The position numbers were made by a program, and so were the translations under genes. Of a DNA stretch of 64,000 bases, positions 47,227 through 60,749 are shown one piece after another. Numbering within the stretch: position 1 is the stretch's first letter; each line of letters begins with the position of its first letter. Under the pieces are notes generated by a model, which did not search any database, had not been told where the DNA came from, and saw only the letters and a program-made list of their open reading frames with translations. Source of the stretch: Basidiobolus meristosporus CBS 931.73 (Eukaryota; Fungi; Basidiobolomycota); contig MCFE01000350.1 in the NCBI GenBank assembly GCA_002104905.1, forward strand, positions 24,883 to 88,882, given 5' to 3'.

Positions 47227-48735
47227 TGTGGTAGGGTAAACATACCTCCCACAGACAAGTTTATCCATATAGTCATTATGATATACTCATCCATATTTTA
47301 TCTTATCAGTGTTATCCCATTCTTCATTTGCCCATATTATCAGTATTATCCCCATATGATGTTTACCCTGATTAGTTATTAGCATTAGTTACCCCAGATG
47401 TTATTCAGCTTTGTGATCATTATACATATCTACATAAGGCAAGTACCCACATCAGTACCTGTGACACACAACATAGGTCTGTGTTACCATCCATACCATT
47501 TCAATACCATATATAGTATTTCTATGTTGCACAGGTTTCAGACTACTGATTCCTGATTGGTTGGATGTGCTGTGCCCTTTAGAACCTTCCAGGACATTCT
47601 TGGCATATTTTTACCTCATAGTGATGTCACCAAAAATTCCTCTGTTGCCTAGAATCTTCTAGAACCTTGTCATTAGTAATCACTTGGCAATCCGGAAAAG
47701 TATTTAAGGGAAAGCAATCCCCCATCAATAAATCATCCCTTCTGTCAGTAACACTTCTACCTTATTGATTAGCAGTTGATCACTTCACCTGCCTTCAACA
47801 GTACATCTAAGACCTGCTATCAAGGAGCTCTTCAGGGTAGTGCACAAGACACACAGAGGCCTTTGGAGACACTTGGAGCACCTAGGAAGCTAGAGAAGCA
47901 GGAGCTTTTACCATAGTGACATATTGACAAAGACACCAGCAGTTTAGACACAGAGGTTATTGCACCCATTAGACACCTCACATACCTTGAGTTGTGTAGC
48001 TTCTCTGAGGAGTACCTCTACACCACCACACTGGCACCTACTTAGAACATTCATAGGTCATTCTGATGTCATTAAGATTCCTATTGATATGTGTAACCTT
48101 CTGGAACACTATGATTTGTAATCACTTAGCCAGTGAGAAAAGCACATAATGGATGCTATCCCTCAATAATAAATCATAATCCCTGTTATCAATATACCAA
48201 CTTGTTGATTAGTGTGATCACTGCTACCTGCTGCTACCTGAACTTCCAATCCTAGACCACAGGACACTCCCAGGAAACCACACTAATAGCCAACTGACCT
48301 TGGAGGCACTACTTGTGAGGAATACTCAGAGTAGGTATCTTTTGTTATACTTGATTCTTTCCCAAGTTTGTTCTTGTATAGGCAAAGATACTTTTCTGTC
48401 ATTGTAACTATTGATCACAGCTGAATTCTTATCAAGTCCCTGCTGGTGGAGTTTACAGTTGTTTACACTTTGGAAGCTTTAGTACATTGTCATCTCAAAG
48501 GATGCTGAACCCAGCACATACTTTTGTTAAGATGCCAACTAAGTTGGGGATTGTAGCTCAATAGTTATCCCTTGATAAGCTTGTGGCTTTATTCTCCATC
48601 ACATTAGATTAGAGACAGAACTCAAGTATTCCTAGCAAGCTTTTGCTAGAAATTATTGCACCCAGTGATCACCCCACACACAAAACACTTGGAAAGTGTT
48701 GGATGTATCTCTCCCTTGGACTTATACACCACCAC
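47227..48735 (+). mobile_element. Chimeric gypsy LTR/leader remnant related to element G2
   Basis: Begins TGTGGTAGGG. 47440-47600 and 48055-48735 align with the reverse complement of the G2 5' LTR and leader (57570-58440). Confidence 0.72.
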
Positions 48736-48744
48736 AGTGTAGGA

Positions 48745-49800
48745 GGGAGACAATGTGGTGTTTATACCAAAGCCTAAATATCCAAAGACATTGAAGATCT
48801 ATGAAGCCATTGAGTGCAATAATGAAGAGTGGGCTAATATACAAGAGACAGTCAGAAGTCTAGCATGCCATCACCTTAAGGTTGGCATACCATAGGACCA
48901 TCAGGAATTCAAGGCCAAGCCAAATGCACTTGATCTGTTCCATGAGCATCATCCTGAATTTAAACAGGCAAACAGATTTTGGGCCAGCATTGGTATGCTA
49001 AGAATGTGTCTTAAGATTCACAGAAACTATCAAAAGCAGAAGAACAAGGGTGCCATGGTTAAAGACCAGCAGCTTCCTAAAAAGTCTGTTACAAGCAGGA
49101 CCCAAAGCTCCAGACAAGCATCAAAAAGACATCAGGTAGCTGGAAGAGTGCCAATTAGCACCAAGTAGGCAGACATGGATACACCAGCACAACATTTATT
49201 AAGGCAAAAGTGTGGTGCCACTCAAGAAGCACCCAGTCAAAGTTGTAGTGAAAGACCTGGCAGTGATAAAGGAAAAGGTAAAGGGAAAATGTCTGCCCAA
49301 GCATGAGACAAGCAGGCATGCATAAAAACTGCAGTCCTTGCCAATTAACGCCACAAGCCAGGAACAGACTGAATCCCATCATAGCCAAGAAGAATTACCA
49401 ATAAGAAAATAGCTGTTTTCACAAGAGTTGGAAGCTTGGCCAGTTGAGCTACACTCCAGCAAGGTAGATGAGTTTGCAGAAAAAGGCTATTTGTCTACCA
49501 CAGCCTCCACATCCTCCATTGTTGACAGTGTAGAGATTTCACTGACAGACAAGACTACAATGTCAAGAGCTCAAAAGACTACCACAATGCCTTCAGTAGA
49601 ATCTTGGAGCAGCAATAGGCACACCAAGAGGTTGCAGCACTTCTGCAAGTGCAGTGCTCAAGAAAATGCACTGGAATATTGCAAGGATTTATTGCAAAGA
49701 CTGGCAGATGAGATGCTAGACCTTGCAGTGCTAGCTGAAGACCAGGATGTGTGGGAACCAGTGAATGAACAGTAGCATAAAGCCATTGGGCTCCTGCCAA
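48745..49800 (+). pseudogene. Degenerate orphan ORF, copy 1 (probably an accessory ORF of a DNA transposon)
   Basis: The reading DNVVFIPKPKYPKTLKIYEAIE...EWANIQETVRSLACHHL...FHEHHPEF...FWASIGML carries stops. It is colinear with 61780-62682. Confidence 0.5.
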
Positions 49801-50349
49801 AGTTGTGAAACCAGAGCGTCACAGCAGAAATACTTATTGAGTGGTGGATTTTAATGGAGTTACTTGTTGAGTGTGGGGCTGAGCTTAATGTTAGTGTAGG
49901 GTACAGGGACTTGTTTAGGTCAATAAAATTGGCAATTGAGACACAACTGAAGTTTCAATGGCAATAAATCAATTTGTACACATGAAAAGCAAGAGAAATG
50001 GTTGAGTCAGGAAGTAAGGAGTGTGAAAAAGAGGCAATAGCCAATCAATGCACACAAACATAGGAGGCAATAGAGTGTCTGGGATTAGAAAGTGAGTAAA
50101 TTGGCAAGGATCCAATCAAAAGCTACTTATAAATTGTGGTGATGAAAAATTTTGCCAAGTTTTTTGTGAAATCTGGGGTGCAATTATTTCTCAACAGTCT
50201 CTGGATGGTGTCTGTATGGGATCAGTACCTCTTAGTCACAAGACTTTAACTTTGTGATGGCCTTCTGATGGGATCATCTCAATAACTTTTCATAGGGTAA
50301 GCCATTGGCCAGAATATCAAATTAATTGAAAACCAGAGATAATTAGGAT

Positions 50350-50970
50350 AGAGGGTATCTGTGGCAGCAAAAGCTTTCCACTGTGAGTGATGCATTTGCT
50401 TTTCAACAATATCCATATACTGATGACCAAGTTGTTAATGGTGCATCTCAAGCTAAATGTGCCCTTTGAGATACCAGAGAAATTTGGAATAATTGGCAAG
50501 GTATTATAAAGTATCCACTACCCTAAGTACTTCTCACAGGTTCCAATCAACACTCACATGCATATGCAACAATACAAGTGCAAGGACTGGATGAACTGGA
50601 TATGTATTTAATCAAGTGTCCTTCTGAGGCCATTTCTACCAGGAGTGCATTGAAAGCATTGGGAGTCATATGAGGACACTATAGGAACATTTATACAGTA
50701 GTGGATCACTAATGCCAACATGATGCATCTATAGCTTTTGTGCAAAGAGCTTGTAACCAGATTTGAGTGGCTATACTACATACATAAAGTTGAATGTGTA
50801 GATCTCTGCCACTACAGTATCCATTTGCTACTCCTTCTTGCTTGGTGTGTTGAGAATATTGGACCTTGCTTCACCTTTTGGGAGTTTCCTATGAAGTGGA
50901 TGTGTGGGGAGATAGGAAGATGAGTCAAGTTGCAGGTGCTACCATATCCCAGTCTCATAAAGAATATTAC
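50350..50970 (+). pseudogene. CMC/CACTA-like transposase remnant
   Basis: FEWLYYIHKVECVDLCHYSIHLLLLLAWCVENIGPCFTFWEFPMKWMCG resembles the H-LLH...GP...W.FP.ER.CG motif of EnSpm/CACTA-type transposases. Coordinates are approximate and the segment is heavily decayed. Confidence 0.5.
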
Positions 50971-51212
50971 CTTTAATTCTGTCATGGATATGATGAGTTG
51001 ACATGTGGCAGACAGCCAGGAAGAGTTGGATAATACTGAGGACAGATGTACACATGGAGACACCTATGGCTATGACATTAAGAAGCCAAGCAGCCCCAAT
51101 GCATGGGTACTCAGTTAAGTAATGCAAAGTTGGGTTGGGTGCAACAAGCAGCTAATTTTAATTAGGAAAGCTCTAACAAGGTATGCAGGATTTCTCTTGG
51201 TCACAAGCTAAC

Positions 51213-51955
51213 TGTTATGAATAGACACAAGGCAGGAGGAAAAGCTAGGCACAGCAGGGGAAGGACTTAGGTGTGGACCATCAAGGTAAGACAGAATTCA
51301 AGGCAAGGCTGTTTATTCAAGACCTGTGTTTATTAGACTGAGAAATACTTAAGGGGGGATAGGACTATATATACTTTTTGGCTATACTGATGCCAAGAGA
51401 TATTGGCTAATACTAATGGGGTTGTGGGGTGAGGCACAGCAATGTGCTGGGGATAATAATATCAAAGGCAAGGCACTGAGACAGGATGGGGAAATGGATT
51501 GGGTTGCCTGATCATGTGACTATGTCATTTGACCTGGTATTTCCATATATGGTACTGGACTATGAAAAGTACAATGGGAAGCTTCCATGGAATGTTCAAT
51601 TGTGTAACAAGCATTTGGAATGGTCAGGAACTTTCTGGAAGGTGGTAGAAGGTTCCAGAAGGAATCTGTTAGAAATTGAGCTAGGAAGCTGAAACTTGTC
51701 ATGGGTGTTCATGGTTGTCATGTGATCATGACACTATTCTCCTCTCCAGGCAAAGCTCTGTTTCCCTTTGGGGCAGGTTTTGCAGGATATTGCTGGTGGA
51801 ACTGGGTAACTAGTTCTTGACAATTAGTGAGATGGGTAGCTGGATCCCATGTTTGGTCACTTGGACCATAACCAATCCAGTCTACTAAGTAGTACAGCAT
51901 TGACCAGATATACTTAGAATCTAGAATCTGTTTAACTTCAAATTCTTGATGTTGG
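51213..51955 (-). mobile_element. Older 3' fragment of the same chromovirus family (chromodomain, PPT and 521-bp LTR)
   Basis: [37 protein letters not shown] is followed by an LTR at 51213-51733 that aligns end to end with 32020-32540. Confidence 0.93.
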
Positions 51956-54809
51956 AACCCAAAACACCAGCTGAATACTGGCAAAATACCATCAGAATAC
52001 CAACAGAATACCAGCTAAAAATCAGATGAATTCCAAGTTTGGAATTTTTCATAGGGAAAAGGGATGATGATTTATTGTTGAGGGATAGCCTCCCTGACAT
52101 ATGTTTCTCACTGGCTAAGTGATTACTAATCATGGTGTTCCAGAAGGTTCCAGAGATCAATAGAAGTCTTAATGACATCAGAATGAGCTATGAGTAATAT
52201 AAGTAGGTGCCGGAAGGTTCTAAGAGGCACAGCACATCCAACCAATCAGGAATCAGTATTATGAAACCTGTGTAACATAGGGACACCATATATGGTATGA
52301 AAATGGTAGGGATGGTGACACAGGTTGATCATGTGTCACAGATAATTGTGCAGGAGCTTGCCTAATACAGAGGCACTTACAGCAAGTAATCTCACATAAA
52401 GTGAGGGATAACTGATGCAATAAGGTAAGCAGGTGCTATAGTCAACTGGCTTATGGGATAGTACTGATCAGGTTAGACAAATGGGATAAAACTAAAGTAA
52501 GTGTAGTAGATATATAGGGAAGTAGAAAATATGGGAATGAGCGCATCTGTCAGTGGGTGTCACTATGACCCCCACTACATCCACCCCCCTCTCAGCTTTG
52601 TGCTTGGGTCAAATCAAACTAATCTTGATGTGCAAAATTCCTATGCTTGAATAACTTCAGTTGGTTTCCTGCAACTGGTGCTCTCAACTGGGTGTTATCA
52701 AGCTCAGATATGTAGTAGCTTCCATTTTCAATCACCTTGGAAATGAGGTAGGGGCCTGTCCATTTGTTGTCAGACTCCCAACTCCATTGTTTGTCTCAGG
52801 TGGAGTCATAGAGTAGTATTGGGTCTTCTAGTGATAGTGGTTTTGGTCTTGTTGAGTGTGACTTGTCAAAGGGCACTTTGTTCTTTAGTTGCCTATCCTT
52901 AAGTTGTTCAGCAGCTCTGTTGATATTCAAGTCATGGTGATCAAGTTGCTGTATGCAAGTTGCAAGGAGGTCTTCAGTCTGCATATTTGATCTCCAATTC
53001 AATGAGTTCCAAGTGACTGTGTTTAACTCAACTGGTAGTATGCAGTCATGTCCATAGAGTAGCTTGAATGGCAATAATCCAGTTGTTCTCTTTCTAGCAA
53101 TTCTTTCTGCCCAGAGTGCAAGATGTAGTTGCTGTGGCCGCAGGGTTGCATTATTCTCACAAGTCTTGACAAGAAGTTTACCAGTGGTCCATGTCCTCTC
53201 TCTACCATTCCACTGGCTTGAGGATGGTGAGCTGTAGTAACAGCAATGCATATCTTGTACTTTGAGCCCAACTCCTGGATCATTTGGGATGTCATTTCTC
53301 CTTTGTCAGCAACAAACTGTTGGATGCAGCCAAATCTGCAGATAATGTCTTCAAGTAAAAATCTCCATATGGTATGGCTCTTGTTGTTGGGCAAGGCTCA
53401 AGCCTCTGCCCATCCACTATGGTCATCTCTAGCAACAATCAGGTACTTATTTGATCTAGCTGTTGGCATGTGGACAAGGTCAATACCAACATTTTGCCAT
53501 AGATAGATTGTGTAAGTAGGATGCAGTGGTTCTTCATAGTGCTTGCAGGATCTGCTCTGGCAGGCTACATATGACTCAGCAAAGTGTTGGATATCATAGT
53601 ACATGTTTTCCCAGTAGTACCTATGAGCTGTGGTAATGTAGGTGGCTTCTTGACCTCTATGTCCTCCTGGTTCTCCTTGGTGGATACTTGTCATGATGTT
53701 CAGTTGTTCTTATGGGGTAGTGACTACTCTTCTTGGCATAGGTCCAGGCTTCACTCATTTAAAGAGAAGATGATACTTGAGATAGTAGTGGTTTGCCTTC
53801 TTCCTGATTTCCTAAACTCCTGAATTTCCATCCAACTAGGTTTCTTGAGTGTCCTTAGATATTTGTTGATCAGGCTGCAGGTAGTTCTCTCTTGATCTTT
53901 GATGGCAATATGTTGGATCTCTACATCAATCATATCATCAAAGTCAGGGTCCAAGTCTTCAAATTATTGTGGTCCCTTCCTGGAGAGTGCATCAGCTGCA
54001 GCATTTGTTTTGCCAGGGATATGTCTGACCTCAAAGTCAAACATTTTTAGCCATGCCATCCATTGGTTTGTGGCATTGTCAGGTAGGTCAGGCTTGTTGA
54101 TCATTCCTATAAGTGGCTTGGCATCTGCCTCCAGGATGAAATGTGTCATGTAGAGCTGTTACTTCAGCTTCCTCAGCATCTTCACAACTCCTAGCAGCTC
54201 TCTCTTAATCTGTGAGTATCTTTGTTCTCTAGGAGAGAATAGGCAGCTCTCATATCTGCAGGCATAGTGGTTGCCATCTTCATCATTTTGGCCAAGTAGT
54301 GCTCCAGCCCCTATAGGGCTTGCATCCACTGTCAAAATAGGTGGGTATTCAGTGTTCTGAGAGTTAGGAGGTCTTAGAGCTGGTGGAGATACTAAGGCCT
54401 CTTTTAGTAATTGCAAGGCTTCTTCTTGCTCTTCTCCCCAGATAAATGGGGTATTCCTTCTCTGTAGTTGGTAGATTGGTTTTGCAATCTCAGAAAATCT
54501 TGGGATCCAGATCCTAAAGAACCCACAAGCTGCCGCAAAGCCACAAGCTTGTGTTAGATTTGTGGGGGTAGGCCAGTTGCAATATCTTTTGTGTTTTGGA
54601 GTCTCCAGGTGAACAACCAAAGATGTTGCATTTTTGTCCAACAATAGATATCCCTAATTCATCAAAGCTGCTTTTCTCACCACTGATGGTGAGTCCGGCT
54701 CCTTCAATGCCTCCTAATATGGCATCATCTTCTTCTTAAGTTAGGTCATGCACATCAGCTTGGAGCCCTCTGGGCAGTGGGTAAGGCTTAAATGACCAGG
54801 GTGTGTGGG

Positions 54810-54828
54810 GTACTGTATGAATCTTGAT

Positions 54829-54876
<48 letters not shown>

Positions 54877-54903
54877 TGTACTGTATGAATCTTGATAGGT
54901 TTT
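54810..54903 (-). other. Poly(A)-only insertion with a 26-bp target-site duplication (TPRT-like scar)
   Basis: GTACTGTATGAATCTTGATAGGTTTT is duplicated (54810-54835 and 54878-54903) around 40 extra T plus GT. Confidence 0.7.
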
Positions 54904-55999
54904 ACAACCAATGTCTTTAAGAGTCCCATCTCCTTATCATTATATGAGAAGATCTTATCATGCCTTGTCAAGGTTTCTTCAAATAATAGTATCTCCTCTG
55001 GTGTTAGGTTTCCATTTCCAATGATAAGTTGCTTAAGTCTCTCAGGTGTAAGTCACATATCTTCTGGTGCTTCTTCTAGTAGTCTACTGTAATCAGCAGG
55101 TTGAGATCCATCAGTCAGAGGTGTAAGTGATGTCTAATCTTCTGTTCTAGTGTCTGGTATTTGGTTTGAACCATAGCTGTCTGCTCCTGTATACCTAATG
55201 AGCAGCTCCAAATGTTGGGGTGTATATTGTCAGGCTCCTCATCTTCTTCTATAACAAGATGTGTCTTTTGGCAAGCAATATGTGTCCTCTCATTGTTGGG
55301 TGTTATACCACAGAAGGTTGACTGTAGTCCTAGGTTGGATCCTTGTATGGTGTAACATACTGACCCTTCAGAATAGTTGGTAGTTATAGCCTTGGTACTG
55401 GTTTCCCATGGTCTACCTAGCAGAAGGTCAAAGTTTGCCTTCTGGCAGATGAAGAGGGGAAGCCAGACCTTGATTTCTTGGACCTCAATAGGGAACTTGT
55501 GCACTACACCATGGCGTGGACTAGATCCTGAGTTTGCATCAGTCATGTTCCATCCAACATCTCTATCAACAGGCAGTAGCTCCTTGCCTCTAAGTGTCTT
55601 CCAGAAGTCTAGCAGAATAACACAAATCTCTGAGCCACTGTCAATATGGCAGTCAACAGGGTCATCATATACATACCCTTTCACCACAGTGGTTGCAACT
55701 GAGTAAAAGGGCTTATATTCAGTAGTGTTGTCATCCTTTTGGTGGTCTTCATGGCTTGTTTGAATTTTATGGGTGTTCATATGTTCAATGGCTTGTTGTC
55801 ATGTTCTAAGCTGTTCATCAAAGGTCTTCCTGACAGATGGGGATACACTCATGATTTCTCCAACCAACAAAGTGAGGTTCTGCTTCAGCAGCTTCTCAGT
55901 AATTAGATAAGGGCTTGAATAGCTTGCTATCTTTGAAGTCATCTGAAAGTGAGGCAATGGATCTTGGGTGGGCAGCATACTTGGCCTCTTGTCAATAAC

Positions 56000-56368
56000 T
56001 GTTGAAATATTGGACTATTTGGCATCATTCAGCAGCTAAAAATTTACTTAACAATTCTAGGCTAGTCTTAGTCACTGTACAACTAATTTACTGCCTTAAC
56101 TTTGCCACTTTCTCCAGATATATGATCTTATGATTATTCCCTTATAGTCAGGATCAAATTAGCACTATTACCAAACATTATATACTAACCCTGAAACTGT
56201 TACAGAATGCTCCTGAATATTGAGAATCCCTCCCTACTTAGTGTTGCAGCTGTATTACTTCTACAAAGGTATAAATACTGAGCTTCTTTATGAATAAACA
56301 ACAATTCAACTTTTATCACTATTTCTAGATAAGTTCCTTATATCCAAATCACTTCTGAAATTGCAACA
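56000..56368 (+). repeat. Solo LTR of copia family C inside G2 gag
   Basis: 369 bp, TG...CA, with a perfect ATAAC TSD. Highly similar to the LTR at 62683-63051. Confidence 0.93.
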
Positions 56369-59300
56369 ATAACAACTTCAGGTTCTTCAAATTGTGGTCT
56401 TCTAAAGATGGGTTTGGCAGGTTCTTCAGGGAGGTGTCTTTTAGTAGCAAAGGCATCAACTTTGTATTATCTGTTGTCAGGGCTGCTTAGATTCACTGTA
56501 TGAGTCCCAATAGGGGCATCAACAGTAATCTTTCTGGTTGCTGAGTCAGATTTCTAGAGAAGGGCTCTCATCTCTCCTCTTTGGAAATTAGTGGAAATCA
56601 ATCTTCCTTCCTTGTCAGCAAGCATTCCATCAGCATCAAACTGCACTGCTCCTTCTCTGAGTAGCTGACTAAGCTCTGAGCATTCTTGTCTGGCATGCTG
56701 AGTAGAGCCACACCAAATGCAGTGTCTGGGCAAAGGTCTTTGGCCCTCAGTAGCTACCTAAGCTGAACCATTAACCTTGAGGGCTAGCTTTTGTAGCTGT
56801 TCAGCAAGTTGGTCAATTCTGTTGGTAGTATAGGTCTGATTGTCAGCAACAGCACTCCTTGGCTCCTTGGTTGGCTGGTTTGCCAGATTAGATGTCAGGA
56901 GTCTCATAAAGGTGGACATTTGCCTTGCCTCTAGGAGAACATGTTTCATTGCTGCAATGCAAGGAATGCCAGACTTGTCATCCTTGGCTGCATGTAAGTC
57001 AACTTTCCTTGCCAAGTTCTGGGGAAGCCTTTGTGCCAGGTGAAGTGTCATGATAAACTCAGTTATAGTCTGGGACTCTAGGAGTGGCTTGGCCATATCT
57101 TTATACTGTTAAATGAGCTCTTCAAGTGGTAGCTTGGATAGTCCAGTCCTTCCAAAGTGTCTGAGGTCTTCAATTCAATAGTATATCTGGGGTCTACCAT
57201 ACTTGGTCTGTGGGTAGGTCTTCATTAAGGCCCAGTCAGTGAGAATGTCTCCTTGTCTGAGAAGCTTAGTGGTAATATGATTGGTACAGTAGTAGGGGAA
57301 GTCTTCGGCCATTTCTTGTTCAGGTAGGCTGCACCTGTTGCAGAGCTTCTCCCATTTGAATATGAAGCTTTCCACAGTTGCTCCATCAAACTGTGGGGCT
57401 CCATGTGAGAATGGTAATGGCATAGAGTTCATTTTGGCCAGGTAGGTTGGTGTTGTAATCTTGATAATATTGATAGTCTCTTTTCAATAAGTGTATAACA
57501 GCTCAAATCTTCTGGTAAACCCTGTTGGTCCTGGGGAGCTTGTATGAGCCCCTCATGTAGGGTGCCAAATATGTGGTGGTGTAAAAGTCCAAAGGAGAGA
57601 TACATCCAGCACTCTTGAGTGTTTTGTGTATGGGATGCTCACTGGGTGCAATAACCTCTGGCAAATGCTTGCTAGGAATATTTGGGTTCTGTCTCCAATC
57701 TAATGTGATGGAGAATAAAGCCACAAGCTTGTCAAGGGAAGACTATTGAGCTACAATCCCCAACTTAGTTGGTGTCTTAACAAAAGTATGTGCTGGGTAC
57801 AGCACCCTTTGAAATGACAATGTACTAAAGCTTCCAAAGTCAAAACAACTGTAAACTCCACCAGCAGGGGCTTGATAAGAATACAGCTGTGGTCAATAGT
57901 TATAATAACAGAAAAGTATCTTTTCCTGTACATGAACAAACTTGGGAAAGAATCAAATATAATAAAAGATACCTACTCTGAGTATTCCTCACAAGTAGTG
58001 CCTCCAAGGTCAGTTGGCTGTCAGTGCGGTTTCCTGGGAGTGACCTGTGGTTGGAAGTTCAGGTAGCAGCAGGTAGCAGTGATTGCACTAATCAACAAGT
58101 CAGTATATTGATAAAAGGGATGATGTTTTATTGTTGGAGGATTGCCTCCCTTATAAACTTTTCTCACTGGCTAAGTGATTACTAATCATGGTGTTCCAGA
58201 AGGTTCCAGAGATTGATAGAATTCTTAATGACATCAGAATAAGCTAAGAGTAATCTAAGTAGGTGCCAGAAGGTTCTTAGAGTCACAGCACATCCAACCA
58301 ATCAGGAATCTGTATTATGAAACCTGTGTAACATAGGGATACCATATATGGTATGAAAATGATAGGGATGGTGACACAGGTTGATCATATGTCACAGGTA
58401 CTGGTGTGGGTACTTGCCTAATACAGAGTCACTTACAGCAAGTATTCTTACATAAAGTGTGGGATAACTTATGCAATAAGGTAAGCAGGTGTGATAGTCA
58501 ACTGGCTTATGAGATAGTACTGATCAGGTCAGACAAATGGAATAAAACTAAAATAAGTGTAGTAGAGATATAGGGAAGTAGAGAATTTGGGAATGAGCAC
58601 ATCTGTCAGTGGGTGTCACTGTGACCCTACTACACTGGTATTTGGATACATTACTCAATATAAATGGAAGTAAATGCATATCACACTATAAACTACACTA
58701 ATACTTACCGTTTTGGTTACCATCTCTTCAATTGGATGGTATCTCAGTGATTAATAGGTCCAAAAGTATCCTGAAGCTATCAGCCCCCTATTGGCTCTTT
58801 GACCAATACACAAGCTACCTGATTTGCCATCAAATATCCCATTTTACCCATAAAGCAAGTAAATCCCTGAGCCTTGTGATTGGACAAGGTGCCATAGCTA
58901 GAACTCAATCAATTGGATAGGTGCAAAATAGATCCAATGGCTGCATGGGTGTTACAGATGATGCATATATATGCAGGGTGTTCATTTATAGGGGCTTTGT
59001 CTCAAATGTGAGACAACCTTGATATTACATATATCAAAATTTAGTGACCACTGATTTGCAGTGGCTTGATTGATATTGCAAAAAAATGCGGTATATGGAT
59101 GATGACAAATAATAGCAATTCAATGTAAATGCGTCATCTTCTTCAAGGTTTTTTTCTCAAAGGGATTACTACTGAAGCATTTGGTAGTGAGTCACTTTGC
59201 ACACCTAAGCTACTACCTGGTTGCCTATCATCTTGGCTACTTGTGTGTTTATAGTCAGTATTTTACCTCCTAATTGATGAGTACAATGCTGAAACTTGGC

Positions 59301-60749
59301 CACACTTAATTACTCCAGATGATGCTACTGAACTGGCCTGCAGTGCTAAGCACTGATGAGTCCTTTACTTGCCAAAGGCTCTGGTGGTGGAGGCACTTCA
59401 TGTGGGTCATCATGAGTCAGTTCACCAGAAGTAACTTGCTGATGATCAGGTGTATTGGCATGTGCAGGTGGAACTTGATGTGTTGGCATGGCCCTTGGCT
59501 GAGTTTGATGTGATGCTGCTTGTTTACACAGCTTGGCCCACTTCAGTGGACTTGTGTCTAAATGAGCAGTTTGGTGAGTTCCGGTGGTTTTAGTCTGAAG
59601 CATGTGTCTTGACCCAGCACATGTAGAATCAATGCAGGGCACTCTTGTAAAGGGTGTTGGTTTAGTTTGGACTAACATGTGCTGGCATGCTGAAGTTTTA
59701 AGGGATAGTAAGGAATCCAGCAAGGTGTGCTAGTGCAATCTGGATGCTGTTGGTTGCGGTCTGTATTCTTTTTCTTGAAGCTCACCTTCTGATTCCTCAG
59801 GGTATTAACTTACCCTCTGTCTGATACTTTGGCACTGTTGCCTGAATGAGTCCGGTGCATATTGCTCTTGGAAGCCACTTAGCTCTACTAATATATCATG
59901 TGGTTCATTAGTCATTTGAGGCAAAAGCATATTTAAAATCTCTTTGGTTCCCTAAGTTGAAGCACAAACAGACACATATGGCCTGTACTGAGCAAATTGC
60001 GTGCATAATCATTCCTGGGCAGCCTCCTCATCAAATCCCCTAACTCTCAGCTCATTCATCTACTGGCATCTTGATGTAGAAATTGTGCCACAGCTTTCTA
60101 CTTCCATCACTATCAACTCTCTGAGGTATCTAGTTCTGCTATATTGTTGAGTAGTGCCCAAATATCTTTATGAAGGCTCAATATAGACACTTGGGCCATT
60201 CTTAAATTATTTGCAAGAACTTAAGCAGATCCAACATTGACTTTGCCTGTCCGCACTGTGCTTGTTGGCCAGGGGACAGGTTTTGTCTGTGTTGTACTAA
60301 TGATGAGTGGAGACTTGTTATAGGGACAATAGTGACAGATTTGGATACTTACACAGTAGTGTATTGGTATCAACCTGGTCTTGTACAAAATATATATGAA
60401 AACTAATGTGATTGTTGAATTTTCCATATATTGTGCATGATGCATCTTGAATTGCATTGAAACAGATTGGATCACATCAATCAGAGATTTCCTATTTGAT
60501 TAAAGACTTGTGAATAAAGCATCAATAAAAGTACCAAGTCATTGTTTGAGGAGGATTTTTGCAACATAATGATGGGATACATGGTAATTGATGGAGATTT
60601 AGTAATAATGCATGAAAAACAGATAAATAAAGCTGATTGCACCAAATCAATTCAAATCTTCTCAGCCCAATCACCTTTCAATTTGAATATGACCTACTCA
60701 TCTGAATGGTCTTTTCTCATCAACACCATTGCTACCACTGAATTTCCTT

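Larger units (their letters stand above)
52057..58634 (-). mobile_element. Degenerate non-chromoviral Ty3/gypsy element G2 (possibly Ylt1-like)
   Basis: LTR starts TGTAGTRGGGTCA at 58634 and 52579, with PPT GAGAGGGGGGTGGA. Contains gag fragments, protease (CHIDSGSEI), RNase H (LTVDASPIGAG...RYSQIKRELLG) and integrase (GIDLVHMP, HHPQASGMVERGH). Most of RT is deleted and there is no chromodomain. The 3' LTR is cut near 52057. The clade assignment is from recall. Confidence 0.85.

Noticed and set aside
48545-48570. GGGGATTGTAGCTCAATAG resembling a tRNA 5' end or A-box
   Set aside because: There is no anticodon arm, T-loop or acceptor partner. It is one block of the gypsy leader module.
52040-52062. 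TSD and exact 3' end for element G2
   Set aside because: The 3' LTR diverges from the 5' LTR at about 52057 and the expected ACCAG duplicate is absent, so the boundary is only approximate.
54741-54971. ORF with a poly-lysine tract
   Set aside because: It is a translation of the poly(T) insertion inside decayed G2 pol.
59353-59385. CTGATGAGTCC resembling a hammerhead ribozyme core
   Set aside because: No GAAA (or CpG-decayed equivalent) follows stem II, and no stems I/III or NUH site can be drawn.
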